Positions 1-13,368 of a DNA stretch of 64,000 bases are shown one piece after another. The stretch is taken from assembly GCA_023515725.1 (NCBI GenBank), contig JALDTO010000206.1, positions 454,189 through 518,188 on the forward strand. Reading direction: 5' to 3'. The stretch is from Amoeboaphelidium protococcarum X5. Taxonomy: Eukaryota > Fungi > Aphelidiomycota. Position numbers and translations under genes: made by a program. Position 1 is the stretch's first letter; the number at the start of each line of letters is the position of its first letter. Below the pieces are notes generated by a model that was not told the origin of the DNA, did no database searches, and saw only the letters and a list, made by a program, of their open reading frames with translations.

Positions 1-862
1 TCGATTATAACTTGCCAAATTTAGATTGCAAAGGCCGAATTTGACCAATCGGCCACGCTTTCAGATTCTCTTGGCGCTCGCGTAAAGATCGTGCTTTCTT
101 TCACTTCCACCATCATTGATTTAAAGCTTACAAAGGAGCCACTCGGTCAAGCATCCTTAATTATTATAAATGCAACATATAATAACTTTTTACGTGATTT
201 ATAATTTCTCTCTCTCCCTCTCTCTCTGAAGGCCGACCCAAATGCAATGAGTCCATTTTGGATGTCTATACACGCGTTTTATGATTCAACCTTTTAATGC
301 TTCAACTTCTGCAGTCTGCAAACTACAGTACCAACTCGCCATAAAGCACGGAATTATATAAAATACAGTTTTCAGTTACCATTTCTGAATAATAATGATT
401 ATAATAATTAACGTAAACATACTTTTATTAAGCCCTAAACTTGATAATTAAATTCATAGGGCTATGGACAAAGCCTGAGACAAGGGGATCATGTAAGAGT
501 GAAAAAGAGTCGCTTTAACAAAATTCTCAACAAGACTTTCTGATGATGATGTTAATGATGTACTTTTGTATTTCAAATGATTGCAGTCAGCTTAATGAAA
601 TTTTTACAATAATAAAAATTTGAGTTAGTAGTTTGAACTGAAGCAATGACATACCAACTGATCTACGGTCTGAATAGATCGGTTCGAGTTCTGCGCTTGT
701 CCAATCAGCGAGTGACTTGTTCTCCAATTCTCTTTAGATGCCTTTTCCCTCTTGAAAGTTTTCGCTTTGCAATCATTGGATAATTCTGTACTGCTCCAGG
801 CTCTTATTACATCGTTATATATTCATTTGTTCACGTACGCTCATATAATAAAAATATTAATA

Positions 863-1249
863 ATGAATGCACCTGCTAGGCATGAGATTATTGTACTACC
901 CGATGGAGTGAAGAAGATCACCGTGAAGCAGGACATCAAGATACCGAATGCGGCCACATTCGAGATTTAGAGAGAAGATCATACACTGGGCAATGTGCTC
1001 AGAGAATATTTGCTGTAGAATCCCAAGGTTTTATTTGCCGCGTACAAGATGCCTCATCCTTTGAATCCGTGGATAGAACTGAAAGTACAAGTGACCGCTG
1101 ACACTACACCTCGGAATGCTGTAATACAGGCTCTGAATCGCATAATCATTGACGGTAATCATATGAGCGCTTAATTTAAACAAGAAATTGAAAGATTCCA
1201 GCGACGCAGAGGCATTCATTAATAGTCGACTTCTTCTTATTATCAATGA
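863..1249 (+). CDS. RPB11: RNA polymerase II subunit RPB11 (128 aa)
   Basis: With TAR=Gln: MNAPARHEIIVLPDG...KIPNAATFEIQREDHTLGNVLR...LFAAYKMPHPL; ends TGA 1247-1249. Confidence 0.95.
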
Positions 1250-1550
1250 CATGTTTAATTGTTGTTGGTGAATTTTCACATAGAATGAAACTAATGTATT
1301 TTAGGCTTTTTAATGCTATCTCTCTATTGCCTGCCTTATGTTTCTCGCGTTCCTCTCCTCTAGGCATTTCCCTCACTTGCAGCTTTATCGAAAAACGTTC
1401 TCTTTCATTTCTCCCTCGAATTCGCATTCTCTCTTCTCTTTAACGCGTCTCGGTTTGTCTTTTACTAACCATCGTTTATTATCTCCTTATAACTTTATTA
1501 CATTCTTGAACATTGCTGAAGCTACAGAAATAAATTATTGAAAAGTGACC

Positions 1551-3305
1551 ATGTCTGTGAATGTGCACTATAATGGCAAAAGTGTCAAGGTGAAAGCGTC
1601 TCCGAATTCTGTTCTGAATTAGATTAAAGTGGAGGCTTGTCAGTTGCTAAAGTTGAATGATGAATCCATGTTTGGTCTCAAGTGGATAACTATCAGTAAT
1701 AATAAAAGCAGCAGTAATGTTGCAGGCGGTGGTAGTAAGAAGAGTAATGGTAGTTAATTGTTAGACTTGTCACTTAGTCTGCGCTATGCTAATATTCCTC
1801 TGAATTCTCGGCTTGATCTTGTTTAGTTGACTGCTACCAACGCGGCTCGAGGTTAGTCTTCAGTATTGTCGTCCAACGCTGCTGGTAATGCATAATCAGT
1901 TCTGGTTGCATTGCAGTTGGAAGATGCGCGATTAAAGTTATAGTTTCCATCCACTTGTACATTGTTGGACATTTTGCTAAAGTTTGAAGATTAGCAATCA
2001 TCTGCTTCAAGCAATTAGTCAATTCTTTATAAAAGTCATGGAGCCAAGAAATCAATTGGTAATTTGTTAAAGCTTACTGATTAGAAGAAGGATCCATCGT
2101 ACTTGCAACCTGTGATCTTGGTAGCTAATAGAGAGTTTAACACGCTGTAATAGCTGTCGGCAACTACTCTGTCATCTATAGGCGTGAATAGTGGTAATGT
2201 GTTGTTGCGGTGCTCTTTCAAACAGAGTGAAATGTCGTTAGAATAGGCCCAGAGGTTTATTGAGATATACCAAAGTTAGGCTGAGGATCGCAAAGCTGGA
2301 ATTAATTAGGAAGTTTTAGCGTCTTCATCATCATCTTAATCATAGTCTGCCGCTCACAAGTCTTAGTAATAGTTGCAGTAGAATGAGAGTTTATCTGTAG
2401 ATTCTACGAGATAACAGATTGAGTAGAAGTAAGCTAGTTAAAACGTGATAAAAGATGATTCTGTGGTTTAATCTTCTTCCTAACAATAGGATGATGTGAA
2501 GAGCGCGGCAAAAGCTGTTTTGGGTGAGATAAAAGTGTATAAAATTAGTGATAATCAACCATCTGCCACTAATCTAAATCTACCAGATTCATATTATGAA
2601 ATATCTGCTGGTGACTTGAAGACTATAATGTAGCAGAGTGCTGCAAAGAATAGCACCGATTAGCCTCTGCTTACGAAGGCACTTAGAGATAAGATGGATA
2701 TGGAGAAGGAGAGAAAGTATCCACATACTGTTATAAGATTCAAGTTTTAAGAGCAATAACTCATGGTGGAGACTTTATTTGAATCGTCCGTGAGCACAAT
2801 TGCAGATTTATACCGCTTTATGGATGGGTGTCTCCACTCTCAGGATCTTGCGGATAAGTATTATCTATTCACAGCTCCACCGATGAAAAGGCTTGATAAA
2901 TCATCGAATAGCACATTGTATAAATCTGGTCTGTCTCCATCTGCCGTGGTGCATGTTGGCTTAATAGATCAGAGCAGTGTCAAAGGAAAGTAATTGTTGT
3001 CAAATGCTGTGATGGAGAAGCTTACTGACCTTCCAGTACATCCATCACTAGCTGAATGGGCTCAATCTTCATCATAATTAGCAGACAATATGTAGTCTAG
3101 TTCGTCCGCATCTATTGGCGGTTAATCAGATGGTGTAGATCGCAATAATGATGCTACGTCTCAGTATGAAAGTAGTAACTCAAAGAGATAGTAATCGTCT
3201 TCGTAGTACTAATCTAATAGAGGTGATAATCAATCGAAAGATGGTGCAAGTGATAGAAAAGTGCCCAAGTGGTTCAAGATGCCTCTAGGGCCTTATAAAA
3301 AGTGA
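1551..3305 (+). CDS. TUG/ASPSCR1 (Ubx4)-like ubiquitin-like + UBX domain protein (584 aa)
   Basis: N-terminal UBL (LLDLSLSLRYANIPLNSRLDL), UBX region (KYPHTVIRFKF...LFTAPP...SGLSPSAVVHV), C-terminal KVPKWFK motif; ATG and TGA in frame. Confidence 0.8.
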
Positions 3306-3369
3306 CAATACTAAATTAAGATACTATGTTCAATTCATCATTTACAAAGTACAACAACATCTAGACCTT

Positions 3370-3975
3370 TCAATTTTATCTTTACTACTAGTAATGATGA
3401 TTAGATTAGAATTTATCATTACGATTGAAGCCATGCGCACCACCATCCTTGTTATTATTCACAAAGTCATGTACCTCAAATTTCGGATGTCCAAGTTCAC
3501 ACTCTGGTCCAAGCGGACAGAAGCCAGTCATAAAATTCTAACAGACCATCTATCGCGTGTGTTTATTACGACACTGAGGTCCATGCTTACAGAATCCACG
3601 ATTATACCATGGACACTCTTTAGTCTTCTTCGCGGCATCAATGTGCAGGTAGATACAATCGGCATTGGTACATTCACCATAGTTGGCATAGAACCAGCAC
3701 TCGGGCATCCTCTTCAGATTGTACTCATGCAGAAACTCACACTAATCGCCCTTCTTGCACAGATTCCGCAGCCAATGCTTGCACATGACCATCTTCTCCG
3801 GTTTGATGTGTCGATACTGGCAGTGATTTCCATGCCGACAATTTCCCTTCAAGTAAAATTTACAAATCTCCTAGTAAGGCCTCTTATTCTCTCCAATGTA
3901 CAGCCCCAATTCATTCTTTAGGTACGGCTCAAAATCGAAATGTAGATCCTTTGTCGGTGCTAATATATCCTACAT
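3370..3975 (-). CDS. YTH1: CPSF30/Yth1 CCCH zinc-finger polyadenylation factor (201 aa)
   Basis: MQDILAPTKDLHFDFE...[29 protein letters not shown]...CPWYNRGFCKHGPQCRNKH; five CCCH fingers. Confidence 0.93.
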
Positions 3976-4110
3976 ACTGAACTGACTAAAATTTAGACAC
4001 GTGATGAGTCGAACGGTTTGTGTAAAGTGGAAAGAAAAAGATTGTAGATCTGCACTCAGTTGATCGTTAAAGCTTTTTTCCAATAACGTCTACTTGCTTC
4101 TATCTATGAA

Positions 4111-4944
4111 ATGAAAATCTTTGATCAATTGGATTTAGATGATTTGTAGAAAAAGAAGTTTCTGCGCCTGGCAGATTATTTTGGGGAGCTTGATCTGTAG
4201 GATATATTGTCGGATGACGAGATGTTAGGCAATATGGTCGAAATGGTGGAACCTAGAGATAAACTCATCATGTCCGTCTTTGTCAAATAGATTCTTACCC
4301 CAAAGATTTAAGCTTTGAATGGATAACACTCTGTCAATAGTGGTTAGTACTATCATACTCAGCGATCTTTCGGGAATGGTGTTCTTCGCCTGTCTAATGC
4401 AGCGCTGTGTTCTTCTCTTTTTACAGATTTTAATAATAAGCCTACATGCAATGAATTGGGGAATTTGATTGAAAGTATGGTGGTGCCTGAAGGTTAAGTA
4501 ATCAAGCAGTTGGATTTATCGTGTAACATGTTATTATCTGCTGATGTTAAACTCATTAGAGATACTATCGAACAATATGACGCGTACTTTGCTGACCATT
4601 TTGTATTGCAGCTGAGACGTAATCAAATATAAGGTGTTAGCACTCATCAGCTGGAGGTACGGGATGAGATAATGAAGTTGGTGAACATGGGAAAATTGTT
4701 ATTTTTGGATTTGGCTGGAAATCCGTTTTGCACTATTGATAATCAAGATTTCTTTGTCTAGTTTACGATTGACACAAATTTATGTAAAAAGTTGATTTGG
4801 ATCAGTGAATGCAATCTACCAACTATAGGATGGCGTAGTATGGTAAATAATGCTCAAGTGGCGTCTCAAGTTTAAGAATATCACTATCGCTACTACTCTC
4901 AGTTGGGCCGTAGAGATGTTTTCGATGATGTTTTCAAACCATGA
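4111..4944 (+). CDS. Hypothetical protein with LRR-like segments (277 aa)
   Basis: ATG-TGA in frame with TAR=Gln; IKQLDLSCNML and LLFLDLAGNPF resemble leucine-rich repeats. Confidence 0.6.
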
Positions 4945-5520
4945 AGCTGTATATGAGTGATAAGTTCGATAAATGTATCATAATGAAAACAGAAATAAAG
5001 AGATTATAATACGGCAATGAGCAGTAGTGAACCGCTGTGCGATTCTAGACATAGCGTGTTGGCCAGTGATGATAAGCCCCAATTGATTTACACCAGACGC
5101 GATTATTTTTTTTGCCATGGTTGATATCAAAACAATGAATGTATGAATGGACATAGTTGTATATTATACAGAGACCCATAGTGAACAAGAATAGCGCTTA
5201 CCACAACGCACGCGTTTCAAGCGACCATAGCGTTGGCGCTGTGCCACTGAGGCTTACTTTGTATCTTCAGGCGTTCAGCATATATACAGTATATAAACAA
5301 ACATGTGAGGTTCTACTACAAGACTAATGACTTACGGCAGATGAGTGTATCTATAAGCAACAGTCTAAAATCCTGTAGTTGGTTGACGTTCAAATGCATC
5401 AAGTCCAAACAATATACGTGATTACTTTTTACAAAAACGCGTACAAATTTGGTATAAAAAAATAAGATCAGGGACGTTTCCTATCCTGATAGGAATAAGG
5501 CCGCGTAGTACACATTTTAA

Positions 5521-6201
5521 ATGGCGAATGATGCGCAACGGTCCGATAGCGATAGTGAGTACGGGTATAATATGAATTTGGAGCGAGTGTTTCGATTTGA
5601 TGGATTGCACCGAGATATTGTCATTCAAGAAGAATGGATGAATGAAGATTGTGATCTGGGCGGGAGCGTCTGGTCTTCATCTGTTAGACTATCACAGTAC
5701 TTGATCGATCACTCGTAAACGCTGGCGATTTATGATTCTAATGTCCTTGAACTCGGCGCTGGGTGTCATGGTATTTGCGGCATAGTTGCACACTTTCTTG
5801 GTGCAAGACAAGTCGTTCTTACTGATTAGTAGTCTCTAACGCCGTACATTACCGAGAATATTGTAAAGAACGCGATATCACTAGATGCAGTCACTGCTTG
5901 TGCGTTGGATTGGAAAAATCCATCGCAGCTCCCTTGTTCAAAGTTTGATATAATTCTAGCTGCAGAGTGTTTGTATAACCTCGAATCTGTGCCTCTTCTC
6001 TGTTCAGTGATTAAAAAGTACAGCCATCCCGAAACTAGAATAGTACTCTGCGGCATTATAGGTCCTGAAGTATTTGACGCGTTTGATCATTTGTTTCGGC
6101 GAGAATTCTAATTGATCTCATTGCACGATGAAACATCTAAGCAGAATCAATGTAATGATTCTCTCAGGCAAGTTTACGTGTTTAGTCCTAGATAAAAGTG
6201 A
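5521..6201 (+). CDS. Seven-beta-strand lysine methyltransferase, METTL21/Methyltransf_16 family (226 aa)
   Basis: GGSVWSSS, VLELGAGCHG, VVLTD, LDW and FDIILAAECLY motifs. Confidence 0.85.
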
Positions 6202-6291
6202 TTGAATAGCTTGTTCATACTAAAGGCAGTGTTAGTCATCATTATTGTAATTATCATCATACATTTCAATCTAAACATGACTGCTTATTCT

Positions 6292-8129
6292 TCATTTCCT
6301 TCTGTTCCATGACCGAACTCTATCCTTGTCATCAAACAGTGTCTTTTTTAAGGCAGCAGACTTTTGACTCTTGGATTATTATATCGGCTCTGAGGTGAAA
6401 TTAAAATCAAAGTCCACATCTTCTGTACCATTGTCCTTGTTACTTTCACTGTCCACCTAATTGCCAGATGAGCTAAAAGGATCAGAATCATCCCTTGTCG
6501 GTTTACTTACGCAGAAGGATTGATTCTTCATTAGAAGGCTTCTTATTGAGTTCACTCCGCCTGTATCTTGTTATGATGAACACACCTGAGACGTAGATGA
6601 TTACTAGACAAAACTCTTTGACTGCAATTTTCTAGTTATATAACTTCCGTGTCTCTTAAACTTCTCCACCTTCCGCTGCTCTGTGTGATTGCTGCAATTC
6701 ATTGAAACATATCCACAAGGATCGCAGTAGTTCTACATATAATGCGGATAATTGATACACAACTCTGGACACTAAAACACACAAACATACCTTGAAATTC
6801 GTGTAGAACTAACAATATCCACCATCCAATACATAAATCTCTGGATAATGCAAGTGGGGATAATTGAGCTAGTTGATCATTCGATCTTTACCGCGAAGAT
6901 GCTAAACACTACACAGTTGACCATGATAATACTATACATGAGAAACTAGTAAGCATTCGATATACTTACAATGTTGGCGCCCTGCACTAAGAGAATTCAC
7001 AGTGAAATATAAGGGCAGTTCTAGAGTCTGCCGCTTCAGGTGGTAATGTACCATCGGATGGGAGAAAGTACTCTAGCATGGCATCTTCACTATCAAAATT
7101 GATTGCATTCTTGATATGACCTCCATCGTACTCGTACTTGAAGCGACAGTCCACAATTACAAATCTATCAACCTGTTGGTGGAACTTGCCATCTATCAAA
7201 TCTGACAAGGTCGACTCACTGATTCGCTTGATAGCAGCCTTCTTGCACGTTGTATGGGGCAGTGATAGACGCTCACCAGACATGGTCCTTTAGACGGAAG
7301 AAACTGCTGACTAACCACTAACACGCCTAACTTTACTCGCTGGACCGTGCTCAAAAAGACTTCGAGGAATACTCCATGTAAGCTCTTCTTGAGTGAGCGA
7401 TTGTGTTCCAGCATTTCCTCTAGGAGTGGATACAATAGCTGGTAGAGGAGCAGACTACAATCGTAGATTAAGATTAATCAATTATGAGCACAACAATAAA
7501 GCAAACACAAATTGACACAACTTACATGGCCAATTTCTACATATTACTTGCGATTGATGCTCTTCTAACCTGAAGCGTTTCTACATGATCCATTAGATAT
7601 ATAGAGATCTTGGTATAAATTAACATGGAAAAATTTAAATTACTTTGAGCACGGACTATCAACATTGCTGTTCTCATTAATAGCTTGGGAGAGCCGCTGC
7701 AATGTGAAGCTATACTTTGGTATGTCAGAGACTTAATCTGAGGCAGATGTTGAACTTTTCATAGTAGAACATTTTGACGCTGATGATACTTGTGACTCGC
7801 CAGAGAAATCTTCATCTATCTGGGTAGCTGAGCATTTAATATTCAAACCAGCCAGAGAGTCTTCCGCATGTCTAGCAAACGCCATAAACTTTCGCTTCAA
7901 TCCCATAGTGACCGGACTACAATGTGTGTGGTAATGACAAGTATGTTGTACTTGATACATGAAAGATATTAATGAATATCATTGTAATAATAACATACCT
8001 GGCCATCATTGTAGGCGAGGATGTATCCGCCACAAATCCGCTTCGACTGCTGCTATCCTTCCCATGAGTATTAGCGCTTTTAGACGATAAGCTGACTGTA
8101 TGCGAATCTGGCGATGAGGTGGTGAGCAT
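6292..8129 (-). CDS. CDC25: M-phase inducer phosphatase Cdc25/Mih1 (multi-exon; introns include 7917-7998)
   Basis: IVDCRFKYEYDGGHIKNAIN, catalytic FHCEFSQCRAP (Q=TAG), HYPEIYVLDGGY; GT-AG introns; not all exon borders resolved. Confidence 0.9.
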
Positions 8130-8373
8130 TGTTAATGATATCAGAAGCCCGGCAATCGATCTATGTACTGTATAGTATAGTGTACAAAATAGTTCTCCAA
8201 TAAGAAGTTTACAAGCGTGAAACACAATTTGATATTTGAAATGAACAATATTTGAAACAGAACGCGTCAGTCAATAGGCGGTATTTATTCAACATACTGT
8301 AAGGCTTTAAATGATATGATTTGCTTGTATATAAAAACATGAAACTATTTTGTATTTGGATTAAATTAGGACA

Positions 8374-10773
8374 TCAAACTTCAACTTTTGATGAGGGTAG
8401 AGTGCTAGGTGATTCTAATGGAATGGTGGAAGTAAGCGGCAGTAATAGATTGGATCCCGCGCACTTCTTTACGTGGACCTTTTAATGACCGTTCATGCAG
8501 TGTTTCGAGCAGTAATAAACACCAGCGCAATTTTTACACGCGATAAACTGCTTCCATTTGATCTCCTTGGTGCAGCAATTAGAGTTGGAGCAAACCTTGA
8601 CTGCGCAATAGTCTTTAGCCTGGAAATCGACCCTCGGAAGTTCACAATCATCTTCGAAAGACATTTAATATTTCCAAACAGCATCATAAGGATGTTATTG
8701 ATTCAATGATTACGGCCATATCTTAAATGATTAGACATTCTCATACGGCTACTACGCTTGCACCTTTAAGATTTCTTTTGCAATCTTGCAAACGTCAGCA
8801 TTGTTAAATGATATGAACTGGTGAACTTGGTCAAGCAGAGCTACGTCAATGTTCACCGATTATTTCTGTGAGACTTCATTAACCAACACCAAACAATGAT
8901 ATACTATTGACTGCAGAATTTAAGGATCGCATACGGAGTCCACATCATTATATTCTGTACCGCACTGTCTATACTGATCTCGTTACCTATCTTACTCCCT
9001 GTATGTATCAGTGACAAATTTCATTAGACTAGTTATTGCATTTAACACGGTCGGCCATGCCTTACTATCCAACAAATTAACAGTTGATTTTAACAATACT
9101 TGCACTAAACTAATGATGTACTCAAAGCGCCATTACATGTCTTTCAGGTTCTCAAACAATGCTCCAGTTACTCTGCCTTTCAGCTTAAATTGACAGACGC
9201 GTCCTAGCTCTTACACAGTGATCTTATATATTTATGATGAGACATTGTTGTCTGTGAAGTACTTTGATGGCAAGTTGGCCATGAATTAAAGTGAAGCCCA
9301 TTTCAGCAAATCTCCTGCAGTTCTAGACTCTACTAAACTAACGCATAATGAGATAACAGCTGGTAAATTCCTGCGAATACCTCTGGGTAGATTGGTCTAA
9401 AACTTGCACATCAATCCTAAGGATTTCAGAGACAGCGAGCGTATAATATCAACAGCTGACAACTGGCCATTGCACTAGGTAATTGATCTCGACACACTCT
9501 ACTGCAGACCTTTAACCTATGATAAATCATCCAAATTCAAACAATCAGATTAGGCGAGCGTAATCAATCTCTGCTATAATTCTTCATTTCGCACTGCCAA
9601 TGTCCACTACTCATTATCCAACATGAAAGTTGTATCACAACTCAACAGAAGTAGAGCCTTATAGACGCGCGTAGCTGATTTTGAATTCAACATTTTCATA
9701 ACAGTCTGGACGCTCATTTAAGCCATTGGAGCGCCAATACCAATAAACATGAGGAACTTGATCAACTCTTCGTGTTCATGGTTCTGCATGTACTGAGCTA
9801 GCAATTTTATACCATCAGATAGCCCGGGATACCGAATAACGTATGCCTTACACTCAGTGTCCATATAACCAAGCCTCATCAGTAGGAATATCACCGTCCT
9901 GATAGTTGAACCCATGTCACCAATATTGATGGCGGAACCTTTAAATAAACCAGGACCACTGAACATTGTGCCAAATTACTGATCACTCTCAGATGGCGCA
10001 GCATCACAGACAGTGGTTATAATGGAGCACAAAGTATCAACTAATTGATAATCAAGAGTGAAATGCCTCGTATCACTCCTAAGCTTGTTTACTGTAGTAT
10101 CAGAGTTTGATGAAACTACAAAATCACAGTCTATGAATAAAGATGTCAATAGCTCCAGACTCTATCTCCAAGCAGCCAGTTTCCATCTCATCCGCGATAG
10201 CAGACAATGATTACCATCTTTAGCAGAGTTGGCATCAGCAATATACTGACATACAGCTCGGATTAGGTGAGGCTCTTCCAACATTGACCTGACAACGGTA
10301 GAATTGAGAACTAATACATCCAATGCCACCATGCAACCATACTTCTCCATATCACTACCACAACGCACACCATCACTGAAAGTCCTTACCAGCCAAGGGT
10401 ACTGAGATACTAACGCGCATATCAGAGAAGACTCCATAGCCAGCATTTTACCAAATACTTCAGCAGCTGTACCGAAAATCACAGACTCGTACGCATCATA
10501 CAGAACCGATGGGCCATGCACACTATGATGAATTTGAATAATGACTCTATCAAACTTTGCTTTCTTTAGAGATGACTGACCAGCTGCATTCTAATGATAA
10601 TTTCTAAGCAGATCAATAAGACACGTTAGACCACCAAGTTTTAAAAAGCCAGCCAGAAATTACTAATTACGACGCCAAAAGTTATATTACAGATATTCCA
10701 GAGATTACAGCACTTGCGCCGGCATATCCTTGCTTTAAAGGTGGTCGATTACAATTTGAACAGATTTATCCAT
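8374..10773 (-). CDS. Helical-repeat protein with C-terminal MYND zinc finger (799 aa)
   Basis: Supplied fragments join in one frame with TAR=Gln; C-terminal CSNSNC...ACKNCAGVYYCSKHCMNGH. Confidence 0.7.
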
Positions 10774-11073
10774 TGTATAGTTAGTACGATGTAATTACAC
10801 GATGACACAGATTTTTGGATATGGCTAAGATTAAGAGCAAAATATGACTGACTCAAATGGATGGGAACGATATTAAATATATATATATATATATAAAGCA
10901 AGTTGTTATCATGTTGTCATGGAAATACACGTCCTGCCAACCAATCACACAATTCACACCCACAGCAGTGCTAGTAATAATAACTCATTGACGACGCAAC
11001 ACATGCAATTGACCACTACAATAAAACGGATGACGCGCCAAGTCCGCTAATATAAAAAAGTCTCCTTTCAAAT

Positions 11074-13368
11074 TCAACAAAATGAAATTCGCTTTTCATA
11101 GTCAGGAATGAGAGTCACATCGAGTTACTGCTAGTGAACGAAAGCCTCAAGTTCATTGATGGACGTAAACGGGTGTCTCTCTCTTTGTACTAGGATCGCA
11201 CCGGCCAATTTGCGCTTATCTCTGCCTGCCAGTACCATCTAAATGTACGAAACGGGATCTGTGTTGATTCTCACGAATGGAGATGATGCAGGATGAGTCC
11301 ACAGAGTGCCATGATATCGACGACTTTAACGGTAGGCAACAACAACGCTGTTCTCGGCCAAATCCGTGGCACGAACGTTAGCTTCTGTCACACAGCTAAA
11401 TAGGCAGGTGACTAATGTGCTATTACTTGCGAGAATACGTGGCATAATCTACGCCTTTTACATCAAATTCGAAATGCCAACTAGCCCCAAATTATTACCT
11501 CCAACTCGTTTGCGCTAGTCTGTAAATACTACATAACCATCGGAAGACTATTTCTCCAACGCAAAAAATATGTCCACTCCTTAACCTCCCTCCCCGTTAA
11601 CAACCACCAAGCCCTCTCTCAACCATTCATGTCTTTCATTGTAATTCCCCTTTCTACCAAAAGACGTTGATGATATATCTGCAGAAAAGTGGTCATAAGT
11701 TTCCATAACCAGCATTGGTTTCAATTGAACATAATCTTCACACCCGTTGACTATAGCGCCCTTAAAGAGCTCCTTGACTTAAACTATCGGGCGGCCAACA
11801 ATAAGAAGTGAATTAATACGCAGCGCATGATAATATGCACCAAACACCTCCCACAATTACCACGGCGTTTTATCGTTTATTAACATATCAACTTTATCAA
11901 CTAGCCCTTTAATACAACATATCAGACGTCGAACGTTGTTATCATGAAATTAGTTAGGTGGATATTTGGAGATACGATGCAAAATAGCATATGGAATCAT
12001 AACTTCGCAACTATCACTTAGTATACAAAGAGAGCTGTCTCTGACTCGAGACCAACTCATACCATTAATGTCCGTAAGTTCTTCATCAACTTACTACCCG
12101 GATAACGCATACGCAGCAAGTTTGATAAAATTATCAGGACCTAGCCCTTTGCCCCACATTTCCACATACTAATTCTTGACAAACAAAAACGCATTCTCAA
12201 TAGTTTCAACATCCAGGTTACTATCTGAAGGAACCCTCTCAATCTCCTTCAATAGTAACAAAATATACTAGGTAACCCAACGTGGAACTCCACCGAGATA
12301 AAACAGGTGTCTACGAACAGGCGCATGCAATAGAAGCCTTTCTCCATTTGGAACTGCACAGATCGCAGTCTCCACGTCGGATTAAGTCAGCAGGTACATT
12401 GGCATCCGTAAAACTTCTGTCCTCGAGGTGTTGACAATGGAAATGACTGAGAGGTCGGTTCCTGCAAACATTGGGTATATGCGTACGCCAGCAGCAGGAT
12501 TAGCCATTATGGCACCGAACTCATCTAGCAAATCTTAAAGCAACTCTTAATTTCCCTTCTTCACTCCATTGACAAGATGAATCGTCTGATATTCGTCGAC
12601 GCCAAGAAATAAATGAAGAGTATCTACTGGCCTGATCCTGCCAAGGTTGATCCACTTCTGGCGGATTGCATCGAGAGCCAAGCGAAGAGTCAATTACGTG
12701 CTATTTACAGGCAACGAATCAGTGAACCATTTAGCAAATCCGTCACCATTGTCATCAATAAAACAACGATGCAGCAAGCGCCAAGCAAACGAGGCTCCAA
12801 TAGTCATTCTGCGCTCCATAGGGTGTGGCATATAACCATTGTAATAAACCACAAGAACGCCAAGTCGTGTAGTTTAAGGGATACCAGCCAAATCAAAGAT
12901 CTACTCTCATTCTTCTAACATTCTCGTCTTACCGAGACCAGATAATCCAGCACACACAGGGATTCTCCTGTCAGTCCGCGTTGTTGCAGTAATAGGCTGG
13001 GAGATGGTTCTCATACACTCTGCCGCTTGTTTTAGCGCGTCATCACGACCAGATAGGGGAAACATCATGTCATCTTTACTGAGGACGTGAGGGACACTAT
13101 TAAATTTCGTCTAATCGCTCATTTACCGCTCAAGAAATTCCAACAGACTCGAACAATCCATAGCTATCCGCTCTCCTTTGGGCTCAGGCAAAGGCAGCTG
13201 TTTATCGACATTCATCGTAATCAACCAGGCAAACAAGTCCTCGTTCTTGGGTTAAATCATCTAATCAAGGGGTTAAAACGTAAAGTAACGCCACCTTTTC
13301 TATTCAGAAGTTTTTGATCAGATATTATCAAATATAGATCAGTTGTCACTTAGTTATCTCTTACTCAT
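11074..13368 (-). pseudogene. Crinkler(CRN)-like P-loop NTPase + restriction-endonuclease fold + HhH protein, interrupted by in-frame TGA codons
   Basis: Walker A GLSGLGKT, Walker B LFLGVDEYQ, LGGVPRW, NGEGGQGVDIFF...FTDQRKR (PD-(D/E)xK-like), HhH-like RINTDPVSYIQMVL...PFTSINEL; TGA at 12907-12909 and two more near the 5' end. Confidence 0.7.
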
